Positions 10,070 to 20,361 of a stretch of 64,000 nt of DNA are shown one piece after another. Origin of the DNA: Thermoplasmatota archaeon. Its GTDB lineage: Archaea > Thermoplasmatota > Penumbrarchaeia > Penumbrarchaeales > Penumbrarchaeaceae. The notes under the pieces are model-generated. The model made no database searches, was not told the DNA's origin, and was given only the letters and a program-made list of their open reading frames with translations. The position numbers were made by a program, and so were the translations under genes. How positions within the stretch are numbered: the stretch's first letter is position 1; each line of letters starts with the position of its first letter. Location: NCBI GenBank assembly GCA_029762535.1, contig JARVGK010000006.1:14603-78602 (forward strand). The letters run 5' to 3'.

Positions 10070-10534
10070 ATGGACCAAAGCAGGTTTTTCCCAAAGATCG
10101 CTGCCAGGACGCTTTCGGGCAGGGAGATATCCTTCCCCGATGAGGCCTCGGGCAAGCTATCCCTTATCGCGGTCGCATTCGTGAGGGGGGCTCAAAGCCA
10201 GCTTGATTCCTGGACCGAGCCGTTCGAGAGGGCGTGTAGTGAGGATGGAGTATATGAAATACCTATGATACAGGGAAAAGTATGGAGCGTCCTATCAGGC
10301 TTCATCGACGGCGGCATGAGATCGGGGATCCCCGAATGGAAGCACGACAGCGTCGCCACCTATTACGGGGACACCTCCTCCTTCCGAAAGGAAATGGGAA
10401 TAGAAGACATGAGCAAGGGATACGTCTTTTTGCTGGATCACGAGGGCAATATCATCTACCGGGGCAGCGGGACGGCAGATGAGGAGGGGATTAAACAAAT
10501 GCTCGAGGCGGCAGGGAACAGCTGCGATCCGTGA
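10070..10534 (+). CDS. ATP10-like thioredoxin-fold protein
   Basis: FPxIxAxTLSG..FP, Q.DSW, YEIPMI, FIDGGMRSGIP, YVFLLDxEGNI. TATA TTTTATAT about 25 nt upstream. Confidence 0.7.
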   Translation: MDQSRFFPKIAARTLSGREISFPDEASGKLSLIAVAFVRGAQSQLDSWTEPFERACSEDGVYEIPMIQGKVWSVLSGFIDGGMRSGIPEWKHDSVATYYGDTSSFRKEMGIEDMSKGYVFLLDHEGNIIYRGSGTADEEGIKQMLEAAGNSCDP

Positions 10535-10601
10535 TCGAACCATGTTCTAGCAATGATTATTATCCGGTCGGGACATGACCTGGATAATAAAAGTGATCCC
10601 C

Positions 10602-13316
10602 TTGAAGTCTGCATCGAGATGGAGTTCGCCACTTGTAGATGAAGTGATGAAGGACCTCGCCTCCTCCCGCGAAGGCCTCTCATCAGAAGAGGCCTCCGGC
10701 AGACTGAAGAAGCACGGCCACAATGAGATCAAGTTCAAAAGGAGGGGGCCTGTACTACGCCTCCTCGCCCAGTTCAACAACCCGCTCCTTATAGTGCTCA
10801 TCATAGCCGCTCTCGCCTGCCTTATCCTCTGGCTGTTCATGGGCGAGGAGGAGATCGTCCTTGACATGTGGGTCATCATAGGCGTGGTGATCGCAACCGC
10901 CATCATAGGATTCGTCCAGGAGGGCAAGGCCGAATCGGCGATCAACGCTCTCAGGGACATGATGGTCCACAAATGCAGCGTTAGAAGAGAAGGGTCGCGC
11001 AAGGAGATCCCCGCCAGGGACCTGGTCCCCGGGGACATCGTACTTTTGGAGACCGGGGACAAGGTACCCTCCGACCTCAGGCTCTTGTCCTCGAGCAACC
11101 TCTACGTCGACGAATCCATGCTCACGGGGGAATCCATGCCCGTACCCAAGGACATAAAGGAGACCGGGGACGAGCTTTTCAACATCGCCTTCAGCGGCAC
11201 CTTCGTGACGGGGGGCAGGGGCGAGGGCGTGGTCTTCGCCACAGGTGAGGATACCGAACTGGGAAAGATAGCGGGCATGATCAAGTCATCCGCACACACC
11301 AAACCGCCGATAATGAAGAAGATCTCCTCCTTCGTCAAGGTCCTCATCGCTACGATCATAGCCTTCGGACTCCTCATGTTCCTCTTCGGCGTGTTCCTCT
11401 GGAACTATGACGCGGTCTACATGTTCCTTGCCATGATAGGCATCATGGTGGCGATGATGCCCGAGGGGCTCGCTGGCGCCGTTATCGCGGCCTTCGCCAT
11501 GGGATCGACCTTCATGGCCAGGAAGAACGCCATAGTCAGGAACCTTCCCGCCGCCGAGACGTTGGGCTCCGTCACCGTGATATGCTCGGACAAGACAGGA
11601 ACGCTCACCCGCAACGAGATGACGGTGCAGAGGATCTATTCCGGCATGAGGAACTATACTGTGGAGGGGATCGGTTACGAACCAAGCGGAAATATACTGG
11701 ATGAGAACAATGCCGAGGTAAAGGAGCCCGCACCTGAGCTGGAAAGAACGCTTCTAACAGGATATCTATGCAACAACGCGGGGATAGAGAAGGATGGGGA
11801 CAGGTACGTCGCCAAGGGGAGCAATACCGAGGCGGCCCTGATCGTCTCGGCCATAAAGGGAGGCTGTAAAGGCGATCACGAACGAATAAAGGAGATCCCG
11901 TTCGAGGCGAAATATCAATACATGGCGACCCTGAACGATGTGGATGATGGAAAAGTCCTTCTGGTCAAGGGATCCCCCGAGAGGGTGATAGAGGCATGCG
12001 ATTCCATGATGGTCGAAGGAAGGATCGTCCCCTTGGAAAAGGATGCGATCGTCCATGCAATGGGGAAAATGGCCTCCGATGCATTGAGGGTCCTGGCCTT
12101 CGCTTACAAGGAGATGCCCAAGGACAGGAAGGACATCGGCAGGGAGGATGTTTCTGGATTGGTCTTCATCGGAATGCAGGGCATGATAGACCCCCCCAGA
12201 CAGGAGGCACTGGAGGCGATCACCAAATGCGGCACCGCCGGGATCCGGACCGTGATGATCACGGGTGACCATGCTCTCACCGCGAGCGCCATCGCTCGAA
12301 AGCTCTCCATTCTGGATGATTCCGGCAAGGTCCTCACAGGTAGGGACCTCTCCGAGATGACGGATGACGAACTCCACGACGTTGTGGACGAGGTCAGCGT
12401 CTATGCCCGGGTGGAGCCTGAGCACAAGTTCAGGATCACCAAACAGCTTCAGAGGAAGGGGCACATCGTCGCAATGACGGGGGACGGCGTCAACGACGCC
12501 CCGGCTCTAAAAGCGGCGGACATAGGGGTCGCCATGGGCAGGTCGGGGACCGAGGTGACCAAGGAGGCTTCCGACATCATCCTGACCGACGACAACTTCG
12601 CGACCATCGTCGATGCGGTGAAGGAGGGCAGGCACGTATACGACATGATCTGGAGGGTGATACTCTACCTGCTTCCAACGAACGGAGGACAGGGTTTCGC
12701 CATCGCAGGGGCGCTCCTTCTATCCTCTTTTATACCTGTCTTCAAGGAAAGCCTTCCCATCGAGCCCGTGCAGATACTCTGGGTCAACCTGGTCATCGCC
12801 ATCGCCTGCGCAATACCTCTGATATGGGAGCCTCCGGAAAAAGGGCTTCTAAATAGGCCCCCGAGGGATCCCAAGGAGAGGCTGTTCAACAGGTTCTTCA
12901 TGATCAGGGTGGGCATGGTGTCCCTCATCGAGGTCGTCATGATATTCATTATGTTCCTGACCTTCTACAGGATGAACGGAAACGAATCGTCTCTTCTCCC
13001 GCAGGCCCAGACCCTGGCCTTCACAACCATAATCATGATCGAGGTGGGATATCTCTTCACGGCGAGATCCCTCAAGGACAGCGCCTTCAGGATCAACCCT
13101 TTCCGCAACAGATGGTTGATACTTGGCGCGGCCTTGACCATCGCCCTACAGCTGCTCCTTGTCTATTCCGGACCGTTATTCGGTATCAGCCCCTTCAGGA
13201 CGGAGCCTTTCCCGGCGATATGGTGGATCCCACTTGTTGTGGTATCGACGTCGAGCTTCTTCGCCGTAGAAGCGGAGAAGTTGATCAGAAGGAGGTTGGC
13301 CAGGAAGGGAGAATGA
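10602..13316 (+). CDS. Cation-transporting P-type ATPase (type IIA, Ca2+-like)
   Basis: TGES, PEGL, CSDKTGTLT, KGSPE, TGD, GDGVNDAPALK. TTG 10602 preferred as start (ORF track gives 10575). Confidence 0.95.
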   Translation: MKSASRWSSPLVDEVMKDLASSREGLSSEEASGRLKKHGHNEIKFKRRGPVLRLLAQFNNPLLIVLIIAALACLILWLFMGEEEIVLDMWVIIGVVIATAIIGFVQEGKAESAINALRDMMVHKCSVRREGSRKEIPARDLVPGDIVLLETGDKVPSDLRLLSSSNLYVDESMLTGESMPVPKDIKETGDELFNIAFSGTFVTGGRGEGVVFATGEDTELGKIAGMIKSSAHTKPPIMKKISSFVKVLIATIIAFGLLMFLFGVFLWNYDAVYMFLAMIGIMVAMMPEGLAGAVIAAFAMGSTFMARKNAIVRNLPAAETLGSVTVICSDKTGTLTRNEMTVQRIYSGMRNYTVEGIGYEPSGNILDENNAEVKEPAPELERTLLTGYLCNNAGIEKDGDRYVAKGSNTEAALIVSAIKGGCKGDHERIKEIPFEAKYQYMATLNDVDDGKVLLVKGSPERVIEACDSMMVEGRIVPLEKDAIVHAMGKMASDALRVLAFAYKEMPKDRKDIGREDVSGLVFIGMQGMIDPPRQEALEAITKCGTAGIRTVMITGDHALTASAIARKLSILDDSGKVLTGRDLSEMTDDELHDVVDEVSVYARVEPEHKFRITKQLQRKGHIVAMTGDGVNDAPALKAADIGVAMGRSGTEVTKEASDIILTDDNFATIVDAVKEGRHVYDMIWRVILYLLPTNGGQGFAIAGALLLSSFIPVFKESLPIEPVQILWVNLVIAIACAIPLIWEPPEKGLLNRPPRDPKERLFNRFFMIRVGMVSLIEVVMIFIMFLTFYRMNGNESSLLPQAQTLAFTTIIMIEVGYLFTARSLKDSAFRINPFRNRWLILGAALTIALQLLLVYSGPLFGISPFRTEPFPAIWWIPLVVVSTSSFFAVEAEKLIRRRLARKGE

Positions 13317-13317
13317 T

Positions 13318-16251
13318 TCATTCTTCGGACCATTCCGAGGCGCCACCATTTGCCAATCTCTGCTTGACCCATCTCGCGAAACCGAATATGACCAGACAGA
13401 TGATGAGAAGCGCTATCAGATAGACCGCCAAACGGTATGCGTTCCATCCGGGCTCCTCTCGGGGTTCGGGAAAATCCTCGGGTGGTTCCTCATCCTGCTC
13501 TTCCTGCTCCAATTCGTTCTTTATCGAGAAGGAACCGCTCTCGTCCATCTCGCTGTCGTAGCCGTCATCGATCATAATCTCGATCCAGTACGACCCGTCC
13601 TGATGCATGCTCGTGTCCCATACGAAAATCTGATCGGTCGGCATCGGCCCCGCAAAGAGCATCGTACGCGTCCCCGATACGTTCCTCGACCTTATCTCGA
13701 TATATAGGGGATCCATGTCCGGATCGAAAGCGCTCCAGCTTATGTTGACCGTCCCCGACAATACCATTCCACTCGCAGGATAGAGCACCGTAACCCTTGG
13801 CGGCAGGTTCTCCACGGGCACCGTGATGTTCTCGGACTCCTCGATAACGGTCACCCTGACCCTCGATGGAGCGGACCAAAGGCCCTTATCGTCCATGACC
13901 TTGAGTAAGAAGATATACATACCGGTCTCACCAGCAAAGAATTGAGGGTTGAAGCTATCCCTGCCGATCAAAATTAGTTCAGGATGCGTCACGGAGGTCC
14001 AATTCCATGCCACTATCTGCCCATCCGCATCGGAGGAGAGCGAACCGTTGAGGACCACGGTGGTATTCCTGTGTACGGTCCGGTTCTTGCCGGCATTTGC
14101 GATGGGATGATAGTTATCGGTCAGCACCACCACGTTCACATAATCTGGGTCCGACCATTCCGATCGGTCGTCCTGCACCGTCAGCGTGAAGGGATAGGTC
14201 CCGATCCTGTTCGGAACGAAATATGGATACGGCCCGCTGCTATCGTTGAGCTCTATCGAGGGATGCGAGCTGCAGGCCCAGGACCATTCGATTATATCCC
14301 CGTCAGGATCAAAGGACAGGGAGCCGTTGAGACGGACCGTGGTATTCGCCACCGCTTCGATATCCGTCCCCGCATGGCTCGTCGGACGGATGTTAGGCCT
14401 CAGCGTGACATTGATGATAACGCTGTCCGGGGCCGATATCTCCAAGAGCGTATCGGTGACCAACAGGTCGAAAGTGTAACTCCCCGTCTCCTCCGGGGCC
14501 GTGAAATACGGGTTCTGGGCCGAGGCATCCGAAAGTTCGACCTGAACAGGGTTGGATGAGTTCTGCAACCATTCGAATCCAAGCAGTTCCAATTCGTCCT
14601 CGACGTCGTAAGAACCGGACCCGTTGAGGTGGACTATGGATCCGGCGAACACGCTTTGGTCCTCTCCGGCATTCGATACTGGAGGGGTGTTCGCTATTAT
14701 GACCTGGACATTCACATCGTCATCGAGAAGGGATCCGAACCCGTCCGTGTCCGTGACGCTCAATGAGATGGTGTAATTGCCCTCATGCGTGGGTGTGAAG
14801 TTGACCTTCGCCGATCTGTCCGACGGCGAAAGGTCCGCATCGGTCATGATCGAGCCCGGGGGTTGGGATGTTATCGCCCAATCGTAGGTGAGGATCGTCC
14901 CGGTGGGATCGCCATCAGGGCAGTCCTGAGCGTCGTAGGATGAGGTTCCGTCGAGGAGGACGCTATCCCCCAGGAACACGGTCCTATCCCTTCCGGCCCT
15001 CGCGACCGGGTTCGGCGGCTGGGTGATGTTGTTACGGAACACCATGGCGCCGTTGCCCCAGGTGCAACCCGCCACATCGAGGTCCCCGTCGTTGTCGAGA
15101 TCTATGAAATTGGCCCCGTAGAACTTCATCGTCCCAGGGAGGCCTTTGTCAACGACCCTCGTCCATGTGAAAGCGTTGCCGGGCTCATCCGACCCGTCAC
15201 CCAGGTAGAGGTGAATTCCCGAACTCTCGGTGGCCGCCAACAGGTCGAGATCGCCGTCGTTATCGACATCCGATAGGTGCATCTGATAGAACGTAGAGGT
15301 CGGGCGCGGGCTCCATGAGCCGTTAAGATAGGTCCATTTCAGATCGTCTCCGGAGGGGCCGCCTCCGTTTCCGAGCAGGAGGAAAAGCCCGTCCGGATGA
15401 GTCCTTCTGCCGTAAACGATGTCGATATACCCGTCGTCGTTAACGTCCCCGGTCACGAGGCCCATCATCCTACCCGACCTCTCGACCTCCGGAAGCGTTC
15501 CGGACACATCAGTCCAGGACCTCCCCGATGATGACTGCTGGAATATGAACATGCCGTCGCCGTACTGTCCGACGACCATGTCAAGAAGCCCGTCTCCGTT
15601 CAGATCGTTAACGTCTATGGCCGTGCACATACCCCTGTTTCGAAGTCCGGAGGAGTATTCGGTCCAGGTTATCGGCGATGTCCCGCTCCCCTCGAAATAC
15701 CTGACCCCGTACTGCGCCCCTATGGCCATGTCGAGCCCTGGCCCTCCTGTGATGTTCTCTATGCGAAGATAGCTCACGGCCCCCGACGTCATAGGCGATG
15801 TTATGCCTGATTTAGAGAACCCGGTCCCGTTCCATTCCCATGCCCCCACCCCGAAGGTGTTCTCCTGATAACATGCGTAGACCTCCTGGTACCCGTCGTT
15901 ATCACAGTCTTTGATCTCGATGTAAGCGAATGAGCCTGTATCGGATATGGTGTGCTGCGTCCAGGTTCCGTCCCCGCTGCCGAAGAAAGCGTACAACCCC
16001 TTGGTCCCAAGAGTTCCGTAGTTCTCCTCCGCACCGATCACCAGGTCCTGATGACCATTGCCATCTATATCGCCCACACCCACGCAGTTGAAATCTCCGA
16101 CCGTCGGAAGTCCGGTAGATACTCCCCCTCCGAAGCTTTCAATCGTGTTCCTGGATTCCTCAACATCGATCTTGGCGGACCCTCCCAACGGAAATGTAAA
16201 TAATATGATCAGGACAAAGCTGGCAAGTACGATATTTACCCTTATCGTCAT
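13318..16251 (-). CDS. Surface protein with FG-GAP/VCBS beta-propeller repeats, PKD domains and C-terminal TM
   Basis: Repeated D(I/L/V)(D/N)xDGxxD motifs, four PxxxAG..VxLxGxxSxD PKD-like units, signal peptide, TM tail. Confidence 0.85.
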   Translation of the reverse strand: MTIRVNIVLASFVLIILFTFPLGGSAKIDVEESRNTIESFGGGVSTGLPTVGDFNCVGVGDIDGNGHQDLVIGAEENYGTLGTKGLYAFFGSGDGTWTQHTISDTGSFAYIEIKDCDNDGYQEVYACYQENTFGVGAWEWNGTGFSKSGITSPMTSGAVSYLRIENITGGPGLDMAIGAQYGVRYFEGSGTSPITWTEYSSGLRNRGMCTAIDVNDLNGDGLLDMVVGQYGDGMFIFQQSSSGRSWTDVSGTLPEVERSGRMMGLVTGDVNDDGYIDIVYGRRTHPDGLFLLLGNGGGPSGDDLKWTYLNGSWSPRPTSTFYQMHLSDVDNDGDLDLLAATESSGIHLYLGDGSDEPGNAFTWTRVVDKGLPGTMKFYGANFIDLDNDGDLDVAGCTWGNGAMVFRNNITQPPNPVARAGRDRTVFLGDSVLLDGTSSYDAQDCPDGDPTGTILTYDWAITSQPPGSIMTDADLSPSDRSAKVNFTPTHEGNYTISLSVTDTDGFGSLLDDDVNVQVIIANTPPVSNAGEDQSVFAGSIVHLNGSGSYDVEDELELLGFEWLQNSSNPVQVELSDASAQNPYFTAPEETGSYTFDLLVTDTLLEISAPDSVIINVTLRPNIRPTSHAGTDIEAVANTTVRLNGSLSFDPDGDIIEWSWACSSHPSIELNDSSGPYPYFVPNRIGTYPFTLTVQDDRSEWSDPDYVNVVVLTDNYHPIANAGKNRTVHRNTTVVLNGSLSSDADGQIVAWNWTSVTHPELILIGRDSFNPQFFAGETGMYIFLLKVMDDKGLWSAPSRVRVTVIEESENITVPVENLPPRVTVLYPASGMVLSGTVNISWSAFDPDMDPLYIEIRSRNVSGTRTMLFAGPMPTDQIFVWDTSMHQDGSYWIEIMIDDGYDSEMDESGSFSIKNELEQEEQDEEPPEDFPEPREEPGWNAYRLAVYLIALLIICLVIFGFARWVKQRLANGGASEWSEE

Positions 16252-16366
16252 ACGATCTCCCGGAGGATGCATCACATGTATCCAGCCTGTGATGCGACAT
16301 ATATTATTTTCGTCATGATTGTTTCCTCATATGAACAGAGGCTCGGATCGATGATGTTCGAGGGAC

Positions 16367-17113
16367 CTATTCCACGACCAGACGCAGCCCGAAATTGAAC
16401 TGGATAGTCCCCGGATCGCTCTTGATGCGATGCGATGAGGTGCAATGCTGGGGATGATTACCCCAGCTGCCCCCCCTCAGCACCTTCTCTTCCCCATCAG
16501 CGGGGCCTTTGGGATCGGTCGAAGCTTCGTCCCCCAAAGGAGCGTACCAGTCGCTACACCACTCGAACACGTTGCCGTACATGTCGTACAGCCCCCAACC
16601 GTTCGGATCCTTCCTCCCAACGGGATGGGTCGTCTTATCGCTGTTCTTGGAATACCATGCATGGTAACCCAGTTCCAGCGGGTTGTCGCCATAATGATAG
16701 ACCGTGTCCGATCCCGCTCTGCATGCATATTCCCATTCGGCCTCGGTCGGCAGCCTGAATATTTGATCGGTCTGAAATGTGTTCAGCTTATCGATGAATT
16801 CCATGCAGTCGAACCAGCTGACGCTCTCCACGGGCAGGTCGGATCCCTTGAAATAACTGGGGTTCTCCCCCATGACCGCTTCCCACTGTTCCTGAGTCAC
16901 CTCGTATCTCGTCATGAGGAAGGATCTCGAGATCTCCACTTCGGAGTTGTTTGCGTCCCCGGACATGAGAAAGCGCCCGGAGGGGATCTCGACGATATCG
17001 AAACGCGCACCCCCCGCCATGATGAACGAACCATCGTGTACCTCCTCCTTATCGAGACATCCGGATATGTTCGCGATCAACATTGCGATGATAAGAGTCC
17101 ATTGTATCTTCAG
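16367..17113 (-). CDS. Formylglycine-generating-enzyme (FGE-sulfatase) domain lipoprotein
   Basis: YEVTQEQW, PVESVSW, RLPTEAEWEYACRAG, GLYDMYGNVFEW, RGGSW. Lipobox ISGC. CTG 17113 proposed as start (ATG at 17083). Confidence 0.85.
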   Translation of the reverse strand: MKIQWTLIIAMLIANISGCLDKEEVHDGSFIMAGGARFDIVEIPSGRFLMSGDANNSEVEISRSFLMTRYEVTQEQWEAVMGENPSYFKGSDLPVESVSWFDCMEFIDKLNTFQTDQIFRLPTEAEWEYACRAGSDTVYHYGDNPLELGYHAWYSKNSDKTTHPVGRKDPNGWGLYDMYGNVFEWCSDWYAPLGDEASTDPKGPADGEEKVLRGGSWGNHPQHCTSSHRIKSDPGTIQFNFGLRLVVE

Positions 17114-17172
17114 CCTATCACCGTTTTTTCAAACGGTCGAGGATATAAGTCTTTTTCGCCCATTCTAGCACA

Positions 17173-17778
17173 TCAATCCAGGTGCGGGATCAGGACCAGC
17201 GTCCATGTCATCGAACCTCCCTCCGTAGAGACGCTGATGACCGCTCCCGAGGAAAGGGCCTCGTTGAAGCTGAATAAAAGATCGGAGCTCGGGGTCTCGC
17301 TAAAGGGCATCTCGTTCACCAACTGCCATTCACCGTGCTGGTCCTTGGCGTAGATCCTCTGCACATCGTTTACGACGGTTATACCGGCATCCACGCTCAA
17401 ACTCGGCGTCTTCGTATCCCCTTCGAAAAATGCACTGGGACCGATATTCCAGCTCCCGCTCCTCTCGATCTTCGAATCGGGGCTTACCAGGGTCTCGCCG
17501 GAATACGTTAGAGTGGCGGAGTCGATCTCTATAGTGCCGAACTCCTTTTCGATCTCGACCTTCATGCTCGTTGACACGTCCCACTCCGGATAGACGTTCG
17601 TATACCTCACAGTAAGAGTGCCCGAGTAGCTCCTGTCAAGCCAATTGTCCGGCGCCATATCAGAACCGTCGTCCTTGGATCCTAGGTCTATGCATCCTGA
17701 AAATGCCGCAAATATGGCAATGGTCATGCACAGGATCACTGGAAAAGCAGGGTTTATCCCCTTGTTTAAAGATGACAT
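17173..17778 (-). CDS. Hypothetical lipoprotein
   Basis: Hydrophobic N-terminus with FSGC lipobox, beta-rich mature region. Confidence 0.7.
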   Translation of the reverse strand: MSSLNKGINPAFPVILCMTIAIFAAFSGCIDLGSKDDGSDMAPDNWLDRSYSGTLTVRYTNVYPEWDVSTSMKVEIEKEFGTIEIDSATLTYSGETLVSPDSKIERSGSWNIGPSAFFEGDTKTPSLSVDAGITVVNDVQRIYAKDQHGEWQLVNEMPFSETPSSDLLFSFNEALSSGAVISVSTEGGSMTWTLVLIPHLD

Positions 17779-17833
17779 TTTGACCCCCTTAATACATGGG
17801 AGCCATCATACTTTTAATTTTCCCGGGATGAAA

Positions 17834-18802
17834 TCATACCGTTCCGTAATGCTCCAGATACCAATTGAGGAACCGTTTCACGCCCTCCTCTATCGTAACT
17901 GCCGGATCGTATCCCAGCATTTCCTTCGCATGCTCTATATCGGCGCATGTCCTTGGCACATCGCCGTCCTGCATGGGCAGGAGCAGCCTTTTGGCCTTCT
18001 TACCAAGCTCTTCCTCGATAAGCTCTATGAAATACGTCAGCTTCACGGGCCTGTTGTTCCCCAGATTGAAAACCTCGTACCTGAAGGGCCGATCAATGGC
18101 GGCGACCGTTCCCTTGACGATATCATCGACATAAGTGAAGTCCCTCTCCATATTCCCGTGATTGTAAACCTCTATCGGCTCGTCCGAGAGTATGTTCTTC
18201 GTGAACTTGAACAGGGCCATGTCAGGGCGCCCGTAGGGCCCGTAGACCGTGAAGAACCTTAACCCGGTCGTGTTGATGCCGAACAGATGTGAATACACGT
18301 GCGCCATCAGCTCGTTCGATTTCTTCGTGGCGGCATAAAGGGAGATGGGGTTGTCCACCACATCCGATTCGGAGAAGGGAACCTTTTCATTGCCCCCGTA
18401 AACCGAGGAGGAGGATGCATAGACGAGATCCTTAATGCCGTATCTCCTGCAGCCCTCGAGCACGTTCATCGTACCCGCGATGTTCGAATCGATATAGACA
18501 TGTGGGTTCTCTATGGAATACCTGACGCCCGCCTGGGCCCCCAGATGGCAGATGGTATCGGGAGATCCCTTCTCAATCACCGAGAAAAGACCCTCTCTAT
18601 CGACCAGGTCCAAATGATGGAAGGTGAACCCTTCGTATCCTCCAAGGACCTTCAGACGGGACCTCTTTAGGGAGGGATCGTAGTACTCATTGAGGTTATC
18701 GTATCCTATGACCCGATCCCCTCTCTTGAGAAGATATCTAGAAACGTGGAACCCTATGAACCCTGCCGATCCCGTAACAAGTATGGTCCTCATTGTCATC
18801 AC
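17834..18802 (-). CDS. NAD-dependent UDP-hexuronate 4-epimerase
   Basis: TGSAGFIG, AQAGVRYS, ASSSSVYG, YAATK, FFTVYGPYGRPDMA. Confidence 0.93.
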   Translation of the reverse strand: MMTMRTILVTGSAGFIGFHVSRYLLKRGDRVIGYDNLNEYYDPSLKRSRLKVLGGYEGFTFHHLDLVDREGLFSVIEKGSPDTICHLGAQAGVRYSIENPHVYIDSNIAGTMNVLEGCRRYGIKDLVYASSSSVYGGNEKVPFSESDVVDNPISLYAATKKSNELMAHVYSHLFGINTTGLRFFTVYGPYGRPDMALFKFTKNILSDEPIEVYNHGNMERDFTYVDDIVKGTVAAIDRPFRYEVFNLGNNRPVKLTYFIELIEEELGKKAKRLLLPMQDGDVPRTCADIEHAKEMLGYDPAVTIEEGVKRFLNWYLEHYGTV

Positions 18803-18808
18803 ATCGAT

Positions 18809-19363
18809 CTAATCCAATTTGATCTCTTTTTCGCAATTATCACAAAAGAAGACATCTCCTTCTCTTTCTTTGAGCTTCCTTCCGCAAACGCAAACATATC
18901 CTTTTATCTTTGCCGGATTTCCGTAAACGAGCGCATGGTCTGGGACATCCCTGGTAACGACAGAACCGGCTCCTATCATCGCATGTTTCCCTATTCTCGT
19001 TCCACAGACTATGGTCGCGTTCGTCCCGATGGATGCCCCGTCATCGACATAGGTCTCGCCGACCTTGAAGTCCGATATATGCGACCGGGGATAGAGGTCG
19101 TTGGTGAACACGCAATGCGGACCCAGGAATACATCGTTACCTATCTTGACGCCATGATAGATAGAGACATAGTTCTGAATCTTTACGCGATCCCCTATCA
19201 CAACATCGAAATCGATGTATACGCCTTTGCCAATATTGCATCCTTGGCCAATCGTTGCCCTCTCCCTTATCTGGGCCTGATGCCATATGCTGGTGCCTTC
19301 TCCGATCACGGCCTCATCCGACACCTCGGCCGTGGGATGTATCCTGACGTTCTTGCGGTCCAT
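18809..19363 (-). CDS. WbpD-like hexapeptide N-acetyltransferase
   Basis: IHPTAEV, KIQNYVSIY, FTNDLYPRS, GNPA, C-terminal CxC...CxxC. Confidence 0.88.
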   Translation of the reverse strand: MDRKNVRIHPTAEVSDEAVIGEGTSIWHQAQIRERATIGQGCNIGKGVYIDFDVVIGDRVKIQNYVSIYHGVKIGNDVFLGPHCVFTNDLYPRSHISDFKVGETYVDDGASIGTNATIVCGTRIGKHAMIGAGSVVTRDVPDHALVYGNPAKIKGYVCVCGRKLKEREGDVFFCDNCEKEIKLD

Positions 19364-19367
19364 ATTC

Positions 19368-20351
19368 TCACTCCAGCGTTATCTTGCTTCCAGTCACTAT
19401 CGATCTCTCCGCAGCCTTGGCGATCTCGAGGTTCTTCAAACCGTCCAATCCGGTGACAAGTGGAGCCCTGCCTTCCACGATCGCTCCCAGGAAATCCGCT
19501 ATCTCCTTCCTCAGAGGTTCCTCGGGAGAAATGCGCATCCTGTTTATTCCGTAATTTATCGGGATCCTCCAGAGATTGTCATAATCTATCCTTCCGAACT
19601 CGGCCTTTGAGACCTTGACCTCCTGGTCCATGTAATCCATATCGGCTATGCCATCGGTGCCGGTTATCGATATCTCCCTCAGTTTCATTGGGGTCAGCCA
19701 GGATACCTCGAGCGATCCCTGCATTCCCCTCTCGAGCTCGAGCAGGATAGTGGCGTGATCTATCAGTGACCTTGTCCTGACGGAACCCCCGAGGGCATAT
19801 ACGGATACTACCTCGCTCCCTGAGAGGTATCTGACCGCATCGATATCATGGACCGCTATGTCGGTCACTACTCCCACATCGGTGATCCTTGCCGGGTAGC
19901 TTGAAACGCGCTTTGTGGAAATGTTTATCACATCTCCTATGGTCCCATTTTCCACAATCTCCTTTGTGAACTTCACGATGGGGTTGTGCCTCTCTATCAT
20001 ACCGACTGATAGGGTCCTGCCGCTCCTATCGGCCGCTGATATTATTTCCTGTGCGTTCTCTACCGTGTCGCTGATCGGTTTCTCGATGAGAACGTCCATG
20101 CCCAACTCCAACGCCTTTATCACCGGAACTTTGTGATGTATGGTGGGAGTGGCAACGGTAAGGGCCTCAACGCCGGACCGATCTAGGAACTCATCCACAT
20201 CGGAATACGCATCGCACCCGAGCCTGTCGGCGACTTCCTTGGCCCTTGCGGGATCCGAGTCGCATACGGCCACAAGATCACTGAGCTCAGAATAGACCCT
20301 CGCATGGTTCCGTCCCATGTTCCCGACGCCGATGACTCCTGTTTTTATCAT
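19368..20351 (-). CDS. Gfo/Idh/MocA dehydrogenase (WbpB-like UDP-GlcNAcA 3-dehydrogenase)
   Basis: GVGNMGRNHAR, EKP, DIAVHDID, and gene context. Confidence 0.85.
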   Translation of the reverse strand: MIKTGVIGVGNMGRNHARVYSELSDLVAVCDSDPARAKEVADRLGCDAYSDVDEFLDRSGVEALTVATPTIHHKVPVIKALELGMDVLIEKPISDTVENAQEIISAADRSGRTLSVGMIERHNPIVKFTKEIVENGTIGDVINISTKRVSSYPARITDVGVVTDIAVHDIDAVRYLSGSEVVSVYALGGSVRTRSLIDHATILLELERGMQGSLEVSWLTPMKLREISITGTDGIADMDYMDQEVKVSKAEFGRIDYDNLWRIPINYGINRMRISPEEPLRKEIADFLGAIVEGRAPLVTGLDGLKNLEIAKAAERSIVTGSKITLE

Positions 20352-20361
20352 CTTCAGAATA

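Noticed and set aside
16445-17353. Long antisense ORFs (also 22089-22943, 32897-33739, 8801-9496)
   Set aside because: Opposite well-supported genes; expected from codon bias.
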